Source: Trichinella spiralis (taxonomy: Eukaryota). From it: 64,000 bases of DNA. Shown one piece after another: positions 58,662 through 64,000 of this stretch (the stretch's first letter is position 1; every line of letters begins with the position of its first letter). Below the pieces are notes generated by a model. That model saw only the letters and a list, made by a program, of their open reading frames with translations. It was not told where the DNA came from and searched no databases. The stretch lies in assembly GCF_000181795.1 (NCBI RefSeq), contig NW_003526943.1:4367228-4431227 (forward strand), given 5' to 3'. The position numbers were made by a program, and so were the translations under genes.

Positions 58662-59016
58662 TTAGAAACGATCTAAGGGAGAACGGTCTCGAGCAAAATG
58701 GTCTCTATGAAAACGGTCTTGAGCAAAATGGTCTCTGCGAAAACGATCTCTAGGAAAACGGTTTCGATCACGGTTAAAATGCCGCATACGATAACCAACT
58801 ACGACAAGTGCAGGAGGAAACGTTGCCTTTTCAAACGTGCTGTCTTTTTCGCTGTATCTATCTTTGAACATTTTTTCATACTTCTCCAGTTTATGCTGCA
58901 TAGCTTCCTCAAGTGAAACTTCTTCTAAAAAATATTAAATAATAATGACCACTTAAATATTGAAATTCACCCGATTTGTTTTCAGTTTTGCTACCATTAT
59001 CTTCATCTTTACTCAT
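58662..59016 (-). CDS. RNMT-activating mini-protein (RAM/RAMAC/FAM103A1)-like, ~102 aa, with Arg/Asp-rich repeat tail
   Basis: Exons 59016-58971 and 58924-58662 join in phase. KYEKMFKDRYSEKDSTFEKATFPPALVV aligns by eye with the RAM N-terminal domain (FEEMFASRFTENDKEY...PPIV), followed by an R/D/F-rich tail. Confidence 0.65.
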
Positions 59017-59764
59017 GATAATGATCACGTACTTTGGTATATATTCTTAAAGAGCACCGCAATTCCTTACTAAATAAACTTATTACTGTAAATTTTAAAA
59101 TAGTGATGTTAAAGTTCATTGCATCGCTGCATTTTAAATTTGTGTATTTATTTTAAAATATTCTGCTTTGAAAATTCCTAAATTTATTATTTTATTAATT
59201 ATTTTTAATTGGCTCTTATAAGGTTACTTAAATTATTTCAGTAATTTACAATTTATCAATATTTCCCATAAAATTTTTAAATATCGATATCTGCATATTT
59301 TTATTTAATTTTATTTATTATTTTCGTTTTATCTGTATTTTAAAACAATAAATGAGCTCGTTAATTTTTATTTCAATAATCTAGTTTTGTAAAATTTTTT
59401 GACATTTGTTTTGGCATTTGTGCTTGAGTATTTTATACTGTAGAATTTCAATTCATTTGAAAGTTCTTGTTTTTATGTAATTTGAGTATTTTTCAAAAAC
59501 AATAATTATAATTGTTGAATAAATTTCATATAATTGTTTTTCAAAGTAAGGTCTATAATTATAATTTTTTTCATTGTCAGAAATCATGCTTGTTCTTTTT
59601 CTTCATAGTATTACTCAAATTGTCATCATTAATGCATTTGTACAGAGTTTGGCATTTTAAAGCTGTTATGTGAATATTATATCTAAATGGGAAGCATGTG
59701 TAAAAATTTTGAAAATTTAGAATATTTATTTTAGTTTATATTAGTGTATTTGAAAATTTTTGCA

Positions 59765-62700
59765 ATGATTGTGACTAAAGTCCATAAAGGTAAGCTATTA
59801 TTTGTTTTTTTAAGCAATATATATGCAAATATTTTTAGAATCAAAGCAAAAAGTGGAATCCGCCTCTACAGCTACAAATATATTTAATAAATTGCCACCT
59901 GATTTTATGGATTTAATTCAATCATCCGACAGAAATGAACGGCAGAAAGCTTTGGAAATTTTGTTGCAACAGCTGCAAATTACGCCCATTCTTGATGGAA
60001 ATGCACAATATGGCAGTTTAATATCCATTCTTGATGAAGTTTGTTATTCAGTTTTATTATTGTTCTTCTTAAATCTATAAATTTAGCAAATGTGTAAAGG
60101 ATGCAATAATTCAATTATTGTTTTGGCTGCCAATTGCATGAAATATTTAGTTCGAGGCTTGAAAAAACGTATTGTTAGATATTCATCACAGGCAAGTTTA
60201 TGGCTTATATTATATATATATATATATATATGTAATGATTTGTGTTGTTTACATTTTTTTATTTATATGTTCTAAATTTCGTTTAAAATGACGAAATTAA
60301 GTGTTTATTATTCCTTCAGATTGCAGAATCGGCTTTGTTGAAACTGAAAGTTAAAAAGTCTGTAGTATCCTCAGCTATGGTGGAGTTGGTGGAAACACTT
60401 TTAGAAATTGTAAATTTTAATTTAAATTGCGTATTATTTTAACTGTGAATATTATTAGTTTGTGGATTTTAGTGTGGTTTTGAAATTTTGGCCACGAATA
60501 TTTACAATGCTTTATCTTCAAAATATCCTCCAGTTCAACTTCATACTGCTTTGATTCTGTCAAGATTTTTTGCTCATTTGGAACCGTTTATGTTTTCCAA
60601 CCAGCAAATAAAAGAAGCATTGCAGTATCTTTTTTCGGTATTGTTTTACATATGGATTTAGTTGAAATAGTTTGTTAATTTTTGTATGTTTCATTTTGCG
60701 TTATGTTTAAATGTCACACTTTTGTAAATTTAGATAGCTAACAGCAGAGATTCGGATACTAGAGATGCTGGAATGAAAGCTTTAGGAATTGCGCTGGCAG
60801 TTGGAGGAGAACAAACTTTAGAAGTTTCTGTGGGCAATAATAATATAGACAAAATGAAACTGTTGCGGGTAAATTGTTTGTGAATTATTGTTTCATGTGA
60901 TTGAAAGATTATCAACTGATATTTTAGATAAGAGAGCATGCTAATGCATTTTTAGCATCGATCAATGAGGAAAACAAAGAATCAGTTCAGGTTGAAGAAG
61001 AGAAGCCAGTTCAAGTTGATGTTCAACAGAAAGAAGTTCAGATTATTAAATCAACATCAAAAGAGTTGGAAAATAAGGTATAATAATAAATCTGAAATTT
61101 TTAGTTGCACAGTCTGCCCTCAACATTCGCGGTCAGCGCGTTCCAGCAGAATCGCGAATGTCAAACTTCCGCGAATACTTGCCGCTTCTATTCATGCACT
61201 CCGCTGATGCCTTACAATCCTACGAAATTGCCTGAAAGCTGCATGGGATATTGCAGAACATCTACCGATTTTTATGCTAAATATTTATTCTCCATTTATT
61301 TTTCTATTCATTTAGTTGACTGCATGACAGTTTAAATTGTGAATGTGTTCTTGCATGCAAGCTTGTCAGAAGTGGGTGGACTGCCCGGCGCATCTTTTTT
61401 TAAAAACACTGGATTTGGAATTGCGGGATGGATGCTGCCGTAAACCAACCTCCCGTTTGCAGCGCTTCCTTTCCCTTCACCCTAATGTTTTTATCTTTTT
61501 CATATTAGCATTAGTAGCGGTTATTTAGCCTCCCAGTTTGGATAAGGCGTTATCACTATTGTTATACGGTGGAATCTCATAGGCGGAAACAACTTTGCAC
61601 TGATCCTGTAGATGCACAGTATACATAAACAATGAGTCTGAAAATAAGATTTAGTTTTTTGGAAGTTTTGAAATCCGCGAATGTTGAGAGCCGACTGAAC
61701 ATTGGGTTTTTTCGTTGGTATTAAATTTTAAGTTTTGAATTAAATATGCAGGAAATTCAGAATGCAGAATCTAATGAAAAAGCGTTTTCAAAGGAAGTGA
61801 AGGAAAAAATAACTATTGAAACCAGAAATCCTTTTCCGAAGCAGATAGCTGAAGAACAACAGCAAGTGGAAACGACAGCAAGCAGAGATGTGGTATCATC
61901 GGATGTTATACCTGTAACAAAAACGAGTTTTCAGAATACTTTTAGTGTATTATTACTATTATTATTATTATTTCAGAATTGTTGTTTTAATTAATTTATA
62001 ATTTTTAGAGCTCAATGAGCATCTCTTCTGAAACTGAAAGTGATACTTTAATGTCGTCCTGTCGAAAAAATCGTTTGGGCCAATGGCGATATTCTCCGGC
62101 AAGATGTTTTATTTTATTATAATTTATTTGTGTTGCTGTTTTTTTCTTTGAATTTAACCAATGTATTTTAGGGTGTATTTTTAAGCACTGAATCGGATGT
62201 GATCAAACAATTAGCAGAAGAATTTATGCGAATAGTATCAGTATCGTTGTATTCGCGATTGTTTCACAAAGATTTGGCAGAACGAGTTAAAGGATTGGTA
62301 GCGCTTTACGAAGTTAGTTAGTATTGTGTTGTATTTGTTTCAGAAAGTGAAGCAGTGATTTATTTTGAATTGTTTAGTCTTGTGTGAAGAATGAAGCGGC
62401 AGCTTTCAATTCTAGCGATTTATTTTTCAAATACTGTGTTTGGAATATGTACTCGAACAGTGAAAATCTTTTTTCTCAAGTTTTGCAGTTTATTCAATTT
62501 CTCGTCCAATTTCATATTGATCGCAATCAGAAGTTACAATTCGAGGATATTTGTTCCGCAATACCGCATATACTTTCATTGTTTGGTAGAGAAGATGAAG
62601 AAATTCGGAAAAATGTTCGAAAAATTATGCGTCAGATTTATTCAATTTCATCACCGTTTCACATTTTCCTCGAAATTGTCAATAAGTTGAAATATGCAAC

Positions 62701-63144
62701 TGGCATAGAAAAGGCGGAATATATTTATCAAATTCGTATTCTAATTCCAGCTTGGGCTTACGGAAAATCAGACGCTGCTGTACAGGTATACATTGATAAA
62801 ATTATACAGATTTATGTAGATATATTGAGATTTATTTTTACTATTCACAGGCTTTCTACATGTTAGCAGAATGTTTAAATGATTCAGATGAAAGAATTCG
62901 AGATTTTGCTCTTCGAACAATCGTTGATATTTATTTGGAAAAGAGTGATTCTCTTTGTAACCTCATCACGGTGAGTTCAATATGTGTCTGTGTGTGTGTG
63001 TGTGTAATATTTTATTTGTTTCTCAAATTTTAGTTAACAGAAACCCAAAAACAACTTGTGGATTGTGCGATTCGTCACTACAAATCTCTGTCAACTTGGG
63101 AACACATAGCTATGTTATGTGAAGAGGAAAGAGCTTTTCAATAA
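59765..63144 (+). CDS. Divergent, compact TOG-domain protein of the XMAP215/ch-TOG/ZYG-9 family (two TOG-like domains with acidic linker)
   Basis: Multi-exon. KLPPDFMDLIQSSDRNERQKALE...YGSLISIL...LAANCMKYLVRGLKK...LKLKVKKSVV resembles TOG2; DVIKQLAEEF...LFHKDLAERVKGL...SSDLFFKY... resembles TOG5; stop TAA at 63142-63144. Confidence 0.8.
61110..61697. mobile_element. Tigger-like MITE (588 bp) in an intron of the TOG gene
   Basis: 23-bp TIRs with 2 mismatches (CAGTCTGCCCTCAACATTCGCGG 61110-61132; CCGCGAATGTTGAGAGCCGACTG 61675-61697), subterminal CGCGAAT repeats and a GC-richer interior. Flanks CA/AA are each one change from TA. Confidence 0.8.
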
Positions 63145-64000
63145 TTTTTCTGCAACAGTTATATTTGAAATTAAATCTTCTTATTCTTAATGAGAAATAA
63201 TAACTGTTTCCATCATTTAGTTTTGTATGTGATGTAATATAATTGTTTTATCGTGTGTACAGTGTTCAGCAGTTGTTTTCATTGTTTATTTATTTATTAT
63301 TATAAATGTACAATTTATGATAATATTAATGCTGCCTTTTGTTTGGTACAAATAATAGAAATAAAAAGTAAAAATTGTACAAATTCAATAGAAAATAATA
63401 ATAAACAAATACATTAGTTTTGATTTATTTGAAAATTTGATTTACAAATTTATATGCTTGTATGGGTATATTTTGAAATACATTTTTCAAATGTATATTT
63501 GAATTTTTATCAAATAAACTTTTTTATCAGTAATGGGATTGAAAATTTGTAAAAATAGCGCAATATTGATCTGCTTTATTGGTTTGATCATAGAAATTGT
63601 GTACAGGTAGTTTTTTGAACTGTGGTAAAATGTCCTGGTCCACCTGAACGCCAAAGTGTTGGTAAAATTGTACCGTACCTGCATTCCTGGAAAGTGAAAC
63701 GAACATACCGTAATCTGTTGGTCGTCGAACACTTGAATGAGGTTTACAGTTTTAATTCATTGTTTGTCAACTTTGCCACGCCAACGACACATTTCAATTT
63801 CCGGTTGAAAAGTAAGCCAAGGTTTAATTTGTTTTTTCTAATTTTTCCATCTCTTCGGCAATCTTTGTCAAAATGAGGGGGGAAAATTGTGGCAACCGTT
63901 TTTTGAACTGTTCAATTTTGTTTTTTTTTAATTAAGATGTTTTATTGTTCAAAAGTTGGTTTTCATTTTTCAAATTACACCGCCACGCTTGAGAAAGCGA

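Noticed and set aside
63487..63876. GC-richer segment with short ORFs on both strands at the right edge
   Set aside because: No recognisable product or consistent exon boundaries; may belong to a gene outside the window.

Overview
AT-rich, intron-rich eukaryotic genomic DNA from a nematode (cuticlin, HSP-12-type small heat-shock protein, worm-type Cys-repeat protein). The short introns and overall sequence style suggest a Trichinella-like clade I species, but that is an inference. I built gene models by hand from splice sites and reading-frame phase. In order: SLK/STK10-type Ste20 kinase (-, runs off the left edge); short SIM/Trh-class bHLH-PAS factor (+); atypical Rhes/Dexras-like Ras GTPase (-); secreted chitin-binding/Cys-repeat/EB protein (+); cuticlin ZP protein (+); pogo/Tigger-type non-autonomous DNA transposon; UDP-glucuronosyltransferase (-); PPIL2 U-box cyclophilin (-), head-to-head with Xaa-Pro aminopeptidase 1 (+); intronless 7TM receptor (-); HSP-12-like sHSP (-); a small RAM/RAMAC-like cap-methyltransferase activator (-), head-to-head with a compact two-TOG XMAP215-like gene (+) that carries a second Tigger-like MITE in an intron. 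Most notable are the RAM-like microprotein, the degenerate mini-XMAP215, the Ras lacking the DxxG glycine, the HSP-12 with an insertion, and three GC-AG introns. I found no CRISPR, rRNA or tRNA, and no convincing multi-gene novel system.
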